Of a stretch of 64,000 bases of DNA, positions 19,400-28,818 are shown piece by piece; the first letter of the stretch is position 1; every line of letters begins with the position of its first letter. This stretch comes from an uncultured Desulfospira sp. Lineage in GTDB: Bacteria > Desulfobacterota > Desulfobacteria > Desulfobacterales > Desulfobacteraceae. Below the pieces are notes generated by a model. It did no database searches and was not told the DNA's origin. It saw only the letters and a program-made list of their open reading frames with translations. Position numbers and translations under genes: made by a program. The stretch spans positions 6,496,001 through 6,560,000 of the forward strand of contig OY760175.1 of assembly GCA_963663165.1 (NCBI GenBank). The letters run 5' to 3'.

Positions 19400-21415
19400 A
19401 TGTCTGAAAGGATGAGGGATGAACCAGGGCTTCCGGAACAAGGACATAGGCCTTCTATCCTGGCGCCGGCCGGGGACAGGGAATCTTTTTTGGCGGCCCT
19501 GGCTGCCGGAGCCGATGCCGTTTACTGCGGGCTTAAGATTTTTTCGGCCCGGATGGAGGCGGATAATTTCGGCATGGAAGAACTGGCAGGCCTCACGGCC
19601 CTGGCACGGTCCAAAGGGGTTGAGGTCTATGTGGCCTTTAATTCCATGATCAAAGAAGGCGAACTGGACAAGACCCTCAGAATTTTAAAGAAGCTTTGTG
19701 TTTACGTTAATCCCCACGGCCTGATCGTCCAGGATCTGGCCATGATTTCCCTTTCACGACAGGCCGGTTTCAAGGGGCAGATTCATTTGTCTACGCTGGC
19801 CAATGCCTCATTCGGTCAGGGACTTTCCCCGGTTAAAGCCCTTGGGATTGACCGGGTGGTGCTGCCCCGGGAGCTCACCGTGGATGAGATCAAGTCCATG
19901 GCCGAACAGGCGCCCAAAGGGCTTGATTTAGAGGTGTTTGTCCATGGGGCCCTGTGTTATGCCGTGTCGGGAAGGTGTTACTGGAGTTCCTGGTTTGGGG
20001 GCAAGAGCGGGCTTAGGGGGCGGTGTGTTCAGCCCTGCCGCCGGGTATATACCCAGAATCGGGAAAAATCCCGGTTTTTTTCCTGCATGGATCTGTCTGT
20101 TGACGTTCTGGTCAAGGTCTTAAAAGAGATCCCCAAAATAAGCACCTGGAAAATCGAGGGCCGGAAAAAGGGCCCCCATTACGTTTTCTATACGGTCAAA
20201 GCCTATCAGATGCTCCGGGACGAGGGGCATGACCCTCAGAAACGAAAAACCGCCATGGCGTTTTTAGACTATGCCATGGGAAGGCCCGCTACCCATTATA
20301 ATTTCCTGTCCCAGCGCAAAATCAATCCCGTTAACAAGGATTCGGAAACCGGTTCCGGCTTGTTTGCCGGCCGGGTCAGGCAGGGCACTTCGCCTTATTT
20401 TATTACCCGGGAAGCCTTGTTTGGCGGGGATTTGCTTCGCCTGGGATATGAGGATCACAAGGGACATTCGATCCAGCGGGTTAACCGGCCCGTTCCCAAA
20501 AAAGGCAAATTTGTCCTGAAAAAGGATAAATACCTTTCAAAAGGGACCCCGGTGTTTATCGTGGACCGGAAAGAGCCTGAGATCATGGAACAGGTGAACC
20601 GGCTGGAACGGGAACTTGAGGCAATGCCGAAAGTCAAAGTGAAACCCCAGCCGTCAGGGATATCCCCAAAGCCTCCGGCTGCCCGGCAAAGAAAAACAAC
20701 AAGGCACAGGGAAAGGGGACCTGTTGATGTCCGGCTTACCCGGAATGCCCAAAAAACAAAAGGCCGCATGGGCCAGGCGGTCTGGCTGAGCATGGACCAG
20801 AAGGTGAAACTGCCGGGCAGGGCGGTCAAAGAGATCTGGTGGTGGCTTCCCCCTGTGGTCTGGCCGGACAGGGAAAAGGATCTGGCACAGGCCATCGGGC
20901 AGGTCATGGCAAAAGGGGGGCGTAAATTTGTCCTGAACATGATCTGGCAAAAATCTTTATTTCCTGAAGACAAAGGCCTTGAACTCTGGGCCGGCCCCTT
21001 TAACAACCTGGCCAATGCGGCGGCCGTTAACTGCCTTAAGCCTTTGGGATTTTCAGGGGCCGTGGTCAGCCCGGAACTGGGGGGCAAGCAGTTCATGCAA
21101 TTGCCCAAAGAGACCGAATTGCCCCTGGGGGTGGTGGTCAAAGGCAACTGGCCCCTTTGTGTCTCCCGGAGTCTGTCAACCGATATCCGGCTGGATACCC
21201 CGTTTTTAAGCCCCATGGGTGAGGCCGCCTGGGTGACCCGCCGGGATGGGGATTTCTGGGTGTTTCCGGCCTGGCCCCTGGATCTGACGTCCAAGGAACA
21301 GGAGTTTAAAAAGGCTGGTTACCAGATGGTGATCACCATGGAGGAACCCGTCCCCAAGGGGGTGGTCATGAAACGGCGGCAGGGGCTCTGGAACTGGAAT
21401 CTGTCGGTTTTGTAG
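19400..21415 (+). CDS. Peptidase U32 family protein (probable RNA hydroxylation enzyme)
   Basis: ILAPAG...GADAVYCG, LEVFVHGALCYAVSGRCYWSS..GG.SG.RG.CVQPCRR, KIEGR. Confidence 0.9.
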   Translation: MSERMRDEPGLPEQGHRPSILAPAGDRESFLAALAAGADAVYCGLKIFSARMEADNFGMEELAGLTALARSKGVEVYVAFNSMIKEGELDKTLRILKKLCVYVNPHGLIVQDLAMISLSRQAGFKGQIHLSTLANASFGQGLSPVKALGIDRVVLPRELTVDEIKSMAEQAPKGLDLEVFVHGALCYAVSGRCYWSSWFGGKSGLRGRCVQPCRRVYTQNREKSRFFSCMDLSVDVLVKVLKEIPKISTWKIEGRKKGPHYVFYTVKAYQMLRDEGHDPQKRKTAMAFLDYAMGRPATHYNFLSQRKINPVNKDSETGSGLFAGRVRQGTSPYFITREALFGGDLLRLGYEDHKGHSIQRVNRPVPKKGKFVLKKDKYLSKGTPVFIVDRKEPEIMEQVNRLERELEAMPKVKVKPQPSGISPKPPAARQRKTTRHRERGPVDVRLTRNAQKTKGRMGQAVWLSMDQKVKLPGRAVKEIWWWLPPVVWPDREKDLAQAIGQVMAKGGRKFVLNMIWQKSLFPEDKGLELWAGPFNNLANAAAVNCLKPLGFSGAVVSPELGGKQFMQLPKETELPLGVVVKGNWPLCVSRSLSTDIRLDTPFLSPMGEAAWVTRRDGDFWVFPAWPLDLTSKEQEFKKAGYQMVITMEEPVPKGVVMKRRQGLWNWNLSVL

Positions 21416-21784
21416 GCTGAAAAAGTGAAGCCAGAATAGCCCTGGCTGCCATCTTGGCCCCGCCTTTACAGGATTCAATATATGCCAGGGCCTGATGGCG
21501 AAGATCGGCGCGGCTGACCGGCGTATCAAGAAAGGACTCCATGGCCCTGGCCGCTTCCAGCCAGTTCTTGGCTTTTAAAACAATCTTTTTTTCAAAAATG
21601 CCCCCCCCACACACAAACGGCCGATGCCGCCTGTATCCGGATATCGGATTTGGGCAGGCCCTTAGGGGTGACCCGGGCATCAAATGAGGGGTGAGCCGTT
21701 TGTTTTGCCTTAGAAAAGGTGGGCCGTCCGCCACAGGATATTGTAAAACCTTAAAAAATTAGGTATAAAGGCACTCTTTGTCAT
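21414..21784 (-). pseudogene. waaA: Internally deleted, frameshifted Kdo transferase (waaA/kdtA) remnant
   Basis: Minus-strand pieces in different frames: MTKSAFIPNFLRFYNILWRTA / PFLRQNKRLTP / FDARVTPKGLPKSDIRIQAASA, joined to GIFEKKIVLKAKNWLEAARAM...LRHQALAYIESCKGGAKMAARAIL. These resemble the N- and C-termini of deltaproteobacterial WaaA. Divergent from msbA. The 3' boundary is approximate. Confidence 0.65.
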
Positions 21785-21837
21785 GAGGGGGGGGATGCTC
21801 TCATGTTTTTTAAATATTCACAATACTTAAATTATAG

Positions 21838-23592
21838 ATGAAACCCCTGAAAAACAAACTGTCCTTGTCCCGTCAGAAAAAAATTATTTTGCTGGTCTCA
21901 ACCCATTGGCGGCGCCTGGTTCTGGCTGCCCTTTGCATGACCGTTGTGGCCGGGGCCAACGGGGCCATGGCACTGCTGGTCAAACCGGTGCTCGACGATA
22001 TTTTTATCGCTAAAAACAAAGAGATGCTGTTGTTCATCCCGGGGCTTGCCATCCTGGTGTTTCTGCTCAGGGGAATGGGAAATTACAGTTCTGAATACCT
22101 GATGAACTACATTGGGGCAAAGATTATCCGGCATTTCAGGGACGAGCTGTATGAAAAAATTACCCGGATGCCCATAGCGTTTATTCACCGGGAAACCACC
22201 GGGGCCCTCATGTCCCGGATTACCAATGATGTGAACATTGTCAAAGGCATGGTCTCCACGGCGGTCATCAATGTGTTCCGGGACTTTTTTTCAGTGATTG
22301 CCTTTTTGATCGTGATTTTTTACCGGGACTGGAAGCTGGCCATTGGCGCTTTTATTGTCCTGCCCCTGGCCTTTTATCCCATTTTGCTCTTCGGCCGCAG
22401 GGTCCGGCGGTTTTCCACGGGAACCCAGGAAACCATGGCCGATCTGACCGCCTTTCTTCATGAAACCTTTACCGGGGCCAAAGTTATTAAAGTGTTTTGC
22501 ATGGAATCCTTTGAAGTAAAACGGTTCAAGGATCTGACCCGGGCCCTTTTCCGCCTGGAGATGAAAAAGGTGGTTTTCAAATCCCTGTCGTCGCCGGTCA
22601 TGGAATTTTTAGGGGGGCTGGGCATTGCTTTTGTCATCTGGTTTGGCGGGGTAAGGGTGATTAACGGGACCTCTACCCCGGGGATCTTTTTTTCCTTTTT
22701 AACGGCGGTAATGATGCTTTACGAACCGGTAAAGCGGCTGACCAAACTCAATAATACCATTCAGGAAGGGGTGGCGGCCGCCGAAAGGGTTTTTGATATT
22801 CTGGAGCGGGATCAGGCCATTGAAGAAAAACCCAACCCTGAACAGCTTAAAGGCTCCCGTCTGGATGTGGAATTTGACCGGGTCTCATTTGCCTATGCCC
22901 CTGAAAGCGACCCCGCCTTAAAAGAGATCAGCCTTAAGGTCGCGCCAGGGGAGGTCCTGGCGTTAGTGGGCATGAGCGGCGGGGGAAAAACCAGTCTGGT
23001 CAACCTGTTGCCAAGGCTTTATGATGTGACGGAAGGCCGTGTGAAAATTGCCGGAAAAGACGTGCGGGACCTGTCCATAGCCTCTTTGCGGGCCCATGTG
23101 TCTATTGTGACCCAGGAACCCATTTTGTTTAACGAAAGTATCCGTGACAATATCCGGTACGGCCGGATGGATGCCACGGACCGGGAAATAGAAGATGCCG
23201 CAAAAGCCGCCTATGCCTATGACTTTATTCAGGGCTTTGACAAGGGGTTTGATACGGTTATCGGGGAATTGGGATCCCGGCTTTCCGGCGGAGAAAAACA
23301 GCGGATCTGCATTGCCCGGGCCCTGATCAAGGACGCCCCGGTCCTGATCCTGGACGAGGCCACGTCCGCTTTGGATTCACAGGCAGAGCGGGTGGTCCAG
23401 AAAGCCCTGGAAAATCTCATGAAAGGGCGGACATCTTTTGTGATTGCCCACCGGCTGTCCACCATTGATTATGCCTCACGGATCATTGTCCTAAAGGACG
23501 GGGCCATTGTAGAACAGGGCAGCCACACTGAACTGATGGATCTTAAAGGGGAGTATTTTAAACTTCGGACCATGCAACAAAATAACCACTGA
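21838..23592 (+). CDS. msbA: Lipid A export ABC transporter MsbA
   Basis: TM domain plus Walker A GMSGGGKT, LSGGEKQR, ILDEATSALD, IAHRLST; followed by a Trm112 gene as in msbA loci. Confidence 0.88.
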   Translation: MKPLKNKLSLSRQKKIILLVSTHWRRLVLAALCMTVVAGANGAMALLVKPVLDDIFIAKNKEMLLFIPGLAILVFLLRGMGNYSSEYLMNYIGAKIIRHFRDELYEKITRMPIAFIHRETTGALMSRITNDVNIVKGMVSTAVINVFRDFFSVIAFLIVIFYRDWKLAIGAFIVLPLAFYPILLFGRRVRRFSTGTQETMADLTAFLHETFTGAKVIKVFCMESFEVKRFKDLTRALFRLEMKKVVFKSLSSPVMEFLGGLGIAFVIWFGGVRVINGTSTPGIFFSFLTAVMMLYEPVKRLTKLNNTIQEGVAAAERVFDILERDQAIEEKPNPEQLKGSRLDVEFDRVSFAYAPESDPALKEISLKVAPGEVLALVGMSGGGKTSLVNLLPRLYDVTEGRVKIAGKDVRDLSIASLRAHVSIVTQEPILFNESIRDNIRYGRMDATDREIEDAAKAAYAYDFIQGFDKGFDTVIGELGSRLSGGEKQRICIARALIKDAPVLILDEATSALDSQAERVVQKALENLMKGRTSFVIAHRLSTIDYASRIIVLKDGAIVEQGSHTELMDLKGEYFKLRTMQQNNH

Positions 23593-23604
23593 ACGGGAGA
23601 CAAT

Positions 23605-23778
23605 ATGGCTGTTTCTAAAGAATTGCTGGACATTCTGGTTTGCCCCAAGTGCAAAGGGGATATCCGGCTGACGGACAAAGAAGACGGACTGGTCTGCGAA
23701 CATTGCCGCCTGGTTTATGAAATTCGGGATGATATTCCCATTATGTTGGTAGAAGAGGCGAAACCTTACGAAGGCTGA
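23605..23778 (+). CDS. Trm112/YcaR family protein (57 aa, absent from the ORF track)
   Basis: Translated by hand: MAVSKELLDILVCPKCKGDIRLTDKEDGLVCEHCRLVYEIRDDIPIMLVEEAKPYEG*; GGGAGA RBS upstream. Confidence 0.93.
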   Translation: MAVSKELLDILVCPKCKGDIRLTDKEDGLVCEHCRLVYEIRDDIPIMLVEEAKPYEG

Positions 23779-23854
23779 AGGTGAATAGACTGAAGGATAG
23801 AGGTTCTGAAGTGCTGCCATCCTTCAGCCCAAACCCCTAAATAAGGGCTGTTAA

Positions 23855-24421
23855 ATGAGTACCCCTAAACCGCCGGATCCGGCCAAACTGGTAATTTCCG
23901 TTTTTACGAAGGACAAGGCCCTTTTCGGCCCGGTGTATGAGGCCTTTGAAAAGGTGGCCGGGCCAGGTGACCTGGTTTCCGGCTGGCTCGATTTTAACTA
24001 TACGGATTATTATTACCGGGAAATGGGATCTCCCCTTTTTAGACGGGTAGTGGCCTTTAAAGACCTGATTGCCCAGGACAGTTTGTCCAAATTTAAGCTG
24101 GCGGCCAATGAGATTGAAAAACAGTATCAGGAAAATGACTGCCGCCGGGTAAATATTGACCCGGGATATTTGCTCCGGTCCCGGTTTATTCTGGCCACGG
24201 GCAAGGACTATTCCCACCGGATTTATATCGGGGATCAGATTTATGCCGACCTGACCCTGATGTATACCAAGCAGGGATTTAAACCCCTGGAATGGACCTA
24301 CCCGGATTATGCCTCAGTGGATATGATGGGTTTTCTTGAAAAAATAAGGGAAAAATATATCCTTGACCTTAAACATGATCTCTCCCGGAACCGGCTGGAA
24401 TACCAGGAAATGAAAAAATAG
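23855..24421 (+). CDS. DUF4416 family protein
   Basis: YTDYYYREMG, RRVNIDPGYL...ILATGKDYSHRIY, LEWTYPDY. Confidence 0.85.
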   Translation: MSTPKPPDPAKLVISVFTKDKALFGPVYEAFEKVAGPGDLVSGWLDFNYTDYYYREMGSPLFRRVVAFKDLIAQDSLSKFKLAANEIEKQYQENDCRRVNIDPGYLLRSRFILATGKDYSHRIYIGDQIYADLTLMYTKQGFKPLEWTYPDYASVDMMGFLEKIREKYILDLKHDLSRNRLEYQEMKK

Positions 24422-24456
24422 TCAGACAAAAGTCATTCAACCACAAGGAAATTTAA

Positions 24457-25353
24457 ATGATAAAGAGCATGACCGCTTTTGCAAAGGCGGCTCACGAAAG
24501 CGGCCATATTACGGCCGATGTTACCATCCGGTCTTATAATTCAAAGGGACTGGATTTTGCCGTTTACCTTCCCGAAGCCTGCCGGCCCCTGGAAGAGGAT
24601 ATTAAAAAGCTGGTATCCGCCGTGATCCAGCGGGGCCGGGTGGAAATCCGGGTCAATATTCAGGACGACACCCCGGAAGCCGACTTGTTTGAAGTGGATG
24701 CGGCCAGAGCCGCATCTTATTACCGGGCCCTGGTCACGGTTAAAGAAACCCTTAACTTTGAGTCTTCCCCCACCATGGAGCAGGTGCTGGCGGCCGGGAA
24801 ACTGATCCTGCCCAAGACCGTTGAACTTGACACGGATCTGTTATGGGATGTCGTATCCAAAGCCGTTGAAACAGCGGTAAATGATCTGGACGGCATGAGG
24901 GCCTCAGAAGGTGCCAACCTTTTTGCCGATCTGTCCGGCCGGATAAATGATATTGAAATGAAATTGGCCGATGTTGAAAAGCTTGCCCGGGAAATTCCCG
25001 CCATTTACAAACAGCGGCTAATGGAGCGGCTCGAACGGCTGACCGCAGATATACCCCCGGGGGATTCAGCCTGCATTGATCCGGTAAGGCTGGCCCAGGA
25101 AGCAGCCATTCTCGCGGACAAAAGTGATGTGTCCGAAGAAATTGTCCGGTTGCACAGCCATATCAGCCAGTTCCGGCAGATCATGGATACGGGACAATCC
25201 CAGGGCAGGAAACTCAACTTTCTGATCCAGGAATTTAACCGGGAGTTTAATACCATTGGATCTAAATCCGGCCATGCCGACCTTTCCCATATGGTGGTGG
25301 ACTTGAAATCAGAACTTGAAAAAATCAGGGAACAAGTCCAGAATATTGAATAG
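24457..25353 (+). CDS. yicC: YicC/YloC family endoribonuclease
   Basis: MIKSMTAF, DVSEEIVRL.SH, GRKLNFLIQEFNREFNTIGSK, ELEKIREQVQNIE. Confidence 0.95.
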   Translation: MIKSMTAFAKAAHESGHITADVTIRSYNSKGLDFAVYLPEACRPLEEDIKKLVSAVIQRGRVEIRVNIQDDTPEADLFEVDAARAASYYRALVTVKETLNFESSPTMEQVLAAGKLILPKTVELDTDLLWDVVSKAVETAVNDLDGMRASEGANLFADLSGRINDIEMKLADVEKLAREIPAIYKQRLMERLERLTADIPPGDSACIDPVRLAQEAAILADKSDVSEEIVRLHSHISQFRQIMDTGQSQGRKLNFLIQEFNREFNTIGSKSGHADLSHMVVDLKSELEKIREQVQNIE

Positions 25354-25357
25354 AAAA

Positions 25358-25433
25358 TGGACATGGGATATGGGACTTGGGATATGGGGAAAAAGCATCC
25401 GGCACCCCCAAGTCCCAAAACCCAGGCCCCAAA
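25358..25433. repeat. TGGGA(C/T)N heptamer hairpin element, copy 1
   Basis: tgggata-tgggact-tgggata ... cccaagt-cccaaaa-cccaggc; related in inverted orientation to 26304-26384. Confidence 0.8.
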
Positions 25434-25453
25434 TCTAAATATTAGGATAAATT

Positions 25454-25747
25454 ATGGAGCAACTCCTTCTTAACATCGGTTTTGGCAATACAGTGGTGGC
25501 AGAACGGGTGGTGGCCATCCTCTCTCCAAATTCGTCGCCCATGAAACGGCTCAAGGACGAGGCAAGACAAGAACGGTGCCTCGTTGATGTGACCCACGGC
25601 CGGAAGACCCGGGCCATCATTCTCATGGATTCCAACCATGTCATTTTGTCGGCTATCCAGGCGGAAACCGTAGCTGCCAGGTTCGAGGCTCTCATGAAAG
25701 AGCAGGAAGAAAAAAAGAATCTGAAGGCAGGGGGCGCAAATGGATAA
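25454..25747 (+). CDS. remA: DUF370 / RemA family protein
   Basis: [10 protein letters not shown]...[15 protein letters not shown]...[26 protein letters not shown]. Confidence 0.92.
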   Translation: MEQLLLNIGFGNTVVAERVVAILSPNSSPMKRLKDEARQERCLVDVTHGRKTRAIILMDSNHVILSAIQAETVAARFEALMKEQEEKKNLKAGGANG

Positions 25748-26300
25748 AAAAGGAACGCTCTTTGTGGTTTCGGCCCCTTCCGGGGCGGGAAAGACCACCC
25801 TGGTGACCCGGGTGTTAAACCGTTTTCCTCGGCTGTCTTATTCAGTGTCCCATACCACAAGGCAGCCCCGGACCGGCGAAGTTCACGGTAAAGATTATTT
25901 TTTTGTAACCCCGGATGAATTTAGGGGGATGGTAGACCGGGGCATGATGCTGGAATGGGCCAAGGTTCATGATAATTACTATGGCACCTCCAGAGCCTTT
26001 GTGGAAAAGACGTTGGAAAAAGGGGACAGCCTGATCATGGATATTGATGTCCAGGGGGCTTATCAGATCATGGATGCCGATCTTAAATCCGTATCCATTT
26101 TTATCATGCCGCCGTCCATGGAAGTCCTTGAGCAACGGCTTAAAAACCGGAGAACCGAACCAAAAGACGTGATTGCCATGCGCCTGGAAAATGCCAGAAA
26201 AGAAATCGCACAAAAAGATAGATATACCCATGTGATCGTTAACGATCAGTTAGACCGGGCTGTGGAAGAGATCTGTGCCATATTTGAACGCAATATTTAG
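25740..26300 (+). CDS. gmk: Guanylate kinase
   Basis: [39 protein letters not shown]. Confidence 0.97.
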   Translation: MDKKGTLFVVSAPSGAGKTTLVTRVLNRFPRLSYSVSHTTRQPRTGEVHGKDYFFVTPDEFRGMVDRGMMLEWAKVHDNYYGTSRAFVEKTLEKGDSLIMDIDVQGAYQIMDADLKSVSIFIMPPSMEVLEQRLKNRRTEPKDVIAMRLENARKEIAQKDRYTHVIVNDQLDRAVEEICAIFERNI

Positions 26301-26303
26301 GGG

Positions 26304-26384
26304 TGGGGCCTGGGACCTGGGATATGGGACTTGGGGTGCCGAGCGCCTTTTTCCGCAAGCCCCATATCCCATGTCTCATCTCCC
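26304..26384. repeat. TGGGA(C/T)N heptamer hairpin element, copy 2
   Basis: tggggcc-tgggacc-tgggata-tgggact-tggggtgccg ... ccccatatcccatgtc. Confidence 0.8.
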
Positions 26385-26426
26385 GGATATCGAAATATTA
26401 TCGGCCGGGACAGGGAATATTATCTG

Positions 26427-27194
26427 ATGGCAAAAAAACAATCATGGGAAATTTTATTCGGGTTCCATTCAGTGGCCGAGGCTATAAAGGCCGGCAAACG
26501 GCAGTTTGAGGCCGTGTTTATTTCAGGCCACAGGACCGGCAGCCGGGCCGAACACATCATGGCCCTGGCCCGGGACAAAGGCGTTTCCTTAGAGGCCAGG
26601 GAGCCTGCCGTTCTGGATAAGCTCACCGGGGGCGCTGTTCACCAGGGGATTGCTGCCAAAGTCAGCCCTTTCCCCACCCGTTCCGGACTGGATATCGTCC
26701 ATGACATACAAAAAGAAGACCGGCCATGCTTCATCCTTGTCCTGGAAAACATTGAAGATCCCCATAATCTGGGGGCACTGATCCGGACGGCCCTGTGCGC
26801 CGGGGCGGACGGCATTATGATCCCTAAAAACCGGTCCGCCCTGCCGTCTCCCACTGTCTCACGGACATCGGCAGGGGCCATGGAGCATGCCAATATTTAT
26901 ATGCTGACCAATACAGCTTCGGTTTTAAGAGGGCTTAAGGAAAACGGGGTGTGGGTATATGGGCTTGAAGCCGGGGGAAATGACAGCCTTTACAACACCG
27001 ACCTTACCGGAAGCATTGCCCTTGTTGTGGGCGGGGAACACAAAGGGGTAAGGCCCGGGGTCCGAAAAGAGTGTGATTTTTTATTGTCTATTCCCATTTC
27101 AGGACAGATCAATTCCCTGAACGCCTCGGTAGCCGGCGGGATTGCCATGTTTGAGGCCCGGCGCCAGCGCCGGGCCCTTGTAAATTTAGATTAG
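26427..27194 (+). CDS. rlmB: 23S rRNA (Gm2251) methyltransferase, TrmH/SPOUT family
   Basis: HQGIAA, LENIEDPHNLGALIRTA, GGEHKGV, INSLNASVA. Start placed at ATG 26427 because the longer ORF-track start runs through the repeat element. Confidence 0.93.
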   Translation: MAKKQSWEILFGFHSVAEAIKAGKRQFEAVFISGHRTGSRAEHIMALARDKGVSLEAREPAVLDKLTGGAVHQGIAAKVSPFPTRSGLDIVHDIQKEDRPCFILVLENIEDPHNLGALIRTALCAGADGIMIPKNRSALPSPTVSRTSAGAMEHANIYMLTNTASVLRGLKENGVWVYGLEAGGNDSLYNTDLTGSIALVVGGEHKGVRPGVRKECDFLLSIPISGQINSLNASVAGGIAMFEARRQRRALVNLD

Positions 27195-27266
27195 CCCTTA
27201 GCCTTTAGCTGTTCGCCCTTAGCCGGCTGATTGCTGACAGCTAACAGCTAAAATCCAAGGAGCATT

Positions 27267-28610
27267 TTGCCAAGTTCCAAAAATAATCCGGAAAAGTTAA
27301 GAGCCGCCGCAACGGCCATATTCCAGGCCGGCATTCAGGCCGTATCCCCTGAAACCTTTATCCGCCGGTATCTTCACCTGTCCGGGGATCATCTTCAGGT
27401 CGGCGGCCGGTCTTACCGCCTTGGCAAAACCAGCCGGCTGTTTCTCATTGGTGCGGGAAAGGCCTCGGCAGCCATGGCAGAGCAGGCGGAAGAGATCCTC
27501 GGGGACCGGATTCATGACGGGCTGGTCATTACCAAGTACGATCATGGGAAACCCCTTAAGTATTGTGCCTTAATGGAAGCCGGCCACCCTGTCCCTGATG
27601 CCAACGGCGAGGCCGGGGCCGATGCCCTTTTGGACCTGGTCTCCACAGCCGGCTCCGATGATTTGATTTTGTGCATGATTTCGGGCGGGGCGTCGGCATT
27701 AACCCCGGCACCGGCCAAAGGGCTCACCCTTACCGATAAACGGGAAACCACCCGGCTTTTACTGGCCTGCGGGGCTTCCATCCACGAAATCAACACCATC
27801 CGGAAACACTTGTCCCGGATCAAGGGGGGTCAGTTGTGCCGGGCGTCAAACCATGCCCGGATGGTCTCGTTGATTTTGTCCGACGTGATCGGGGATGATC
27901 TGGATATGATCGGATCCGGTATGACCGCACCGGACAGGGGGACGTTTCAGGACTGCTATGCCATCCTTAACCGTTACGGCCTCTGGGACCGTATCCCTGA
28001 ACCGGTTCAGGCCCGGCTTACCGACGGGATGGAAGGCCGGATAAGGGAGACGCCCAAACCGGGCAGCCCCGAATTCGACCGTGTGCAGAATCAGATTGTG
28101 GGGTGTCTCACCCATGCCCTGAAGGCTGCCGGCCAGAAGGCCCAGACGTTAGGGTTTCATCCTTTGATCCTGTCTTCCATGATCCAGGGTGAGGCAAAAG
28201 AGGCGGCCAAGGTGCTATGCGCCATTGCAAAGGAGGTTTTAAATTCAGCAAATCCCTTGCCCGCACCGGCCTGCCTTCTTTCCGGCGGCGAGACCACCGT
28301 TACCCTCAAGGCAGACGGCAAAGGCGGCCGGAATACCGAATTTGCCCTGGCGGCCGGAATAGAGCTTGCCGGAGAGGATAATATTCTTCTTTTGTCTGCC
28401 GGGACCGACGGCAGTGACGGGCCCACTGATGCGGCCGGTGCCTTTGCCGATCATACCACCCTTGACCGGGCGGCCCAAATGGGCCTGTCTGCCTTGGAGG
28501 CCCTTAACTGGCATGATTCATACCGGTTTTTTGAACCGATAGGGGACCTGTTCATCACCGGTCCGACCCAAACCAATGTCATGGACCTTCAGATTTTTCT
28601 AATGGAATAG
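27267..28610 (+). CDS. Glycerate 2-kinase (DUF4147 + MOFRL)
   Basis: GAGKASAAMA, EAGHPVPD, ISGGASAL, SDVIGDD..MIGSG, GGETTV, GGRN, GTDGSDGPT, TGPTQTNVMD. Confidence 0.92.
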   Translation: MPSSKNNPEKLRAAATAIFQAGIQAVSPETFIRRYLHLSGDHLQVGGRSYRLGKTSRLFLIGAGKASAAMAEQAEEILGDRIHDGLVITKYDHGKPLKYCALMEAGHPVPDANGEAGADALLDLVSTAGSDDLILCMISGGASALTPAPAKGLTLTDKRETTRLLLACGASIHEINTIRKHLSRIKGGQLCRASNHARMVSLILSDVIGDDLDMIGSGMTAPDRGTFQDCYAILNRYGLWDRIPEPVQARLTDGMEGRIRETPKPGSPEFDRVQNQIVGCLTHALKAAGQKAQTLGFHPLILSSMIQGEAKEAAKVLCAIAKEVLNSANPLPAPACLLSGGETTVTLKADGKGGRNTEFALAAGIELAGEDNILLLSAGTDGSDGPTDAAGAFADHTTLDRAAQMGLSALEALNWHDSYRFFEPIGDLFITGPTQTNVMDLQIFLME

Positions 28611-28677
28611 TGGCTTAAAAAATAAAAAAAGATTGAAAATTAAACCAGGCTCTGATATACAAGCTAAGTTTTTTTGC

Positions 28678-28754
28678 GGTGGGTGTAGCTCAGTTGGTAG
28701 AGCACCAGGTTGTGGCCCTGGTGGTCGCCGGTTCAATCCCGGTCACTCACCCCA
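28678..28754 (+). tRNA. tRNA-His (GTG)
   Basis: G-1 GTGGGTG...CACTCAC C CCA acceptor stem, D arm GCTC/GAGC, anticodon arm CCAGG TT GTG GC CCTGG, T loop TTCAATC. Confidence 0.97.
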
Positions 28755-28767
28755 TCAAAAAATAATC

Positions 28768-28793
28768 AAAGCAGCTTCCCAGCTGCTTTTTTT
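28768..28793 (+). terminator. Intrinsic terminator after tRNA-His, probably bidirectional
   Basis: aaagcagct-tccc-agctgcttt followed by a T run. Confidence 0.75.
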
Positions 28794-28818
28794 ATGCCCG
28801 GGGAACCCTTTTTTATTT

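Noticed and set aside
21366..21734. 122-aa ORF as an intact gene
   Set aside because: It is a mosaic of in-frame and out-of-frame pseudogene fragments and overlaps the end of the U32 gene.
26331..26426. N-terminal extension of rlmB
   Set aside because: It translates the heptamer repeat; the conserved protein starts at 26427.
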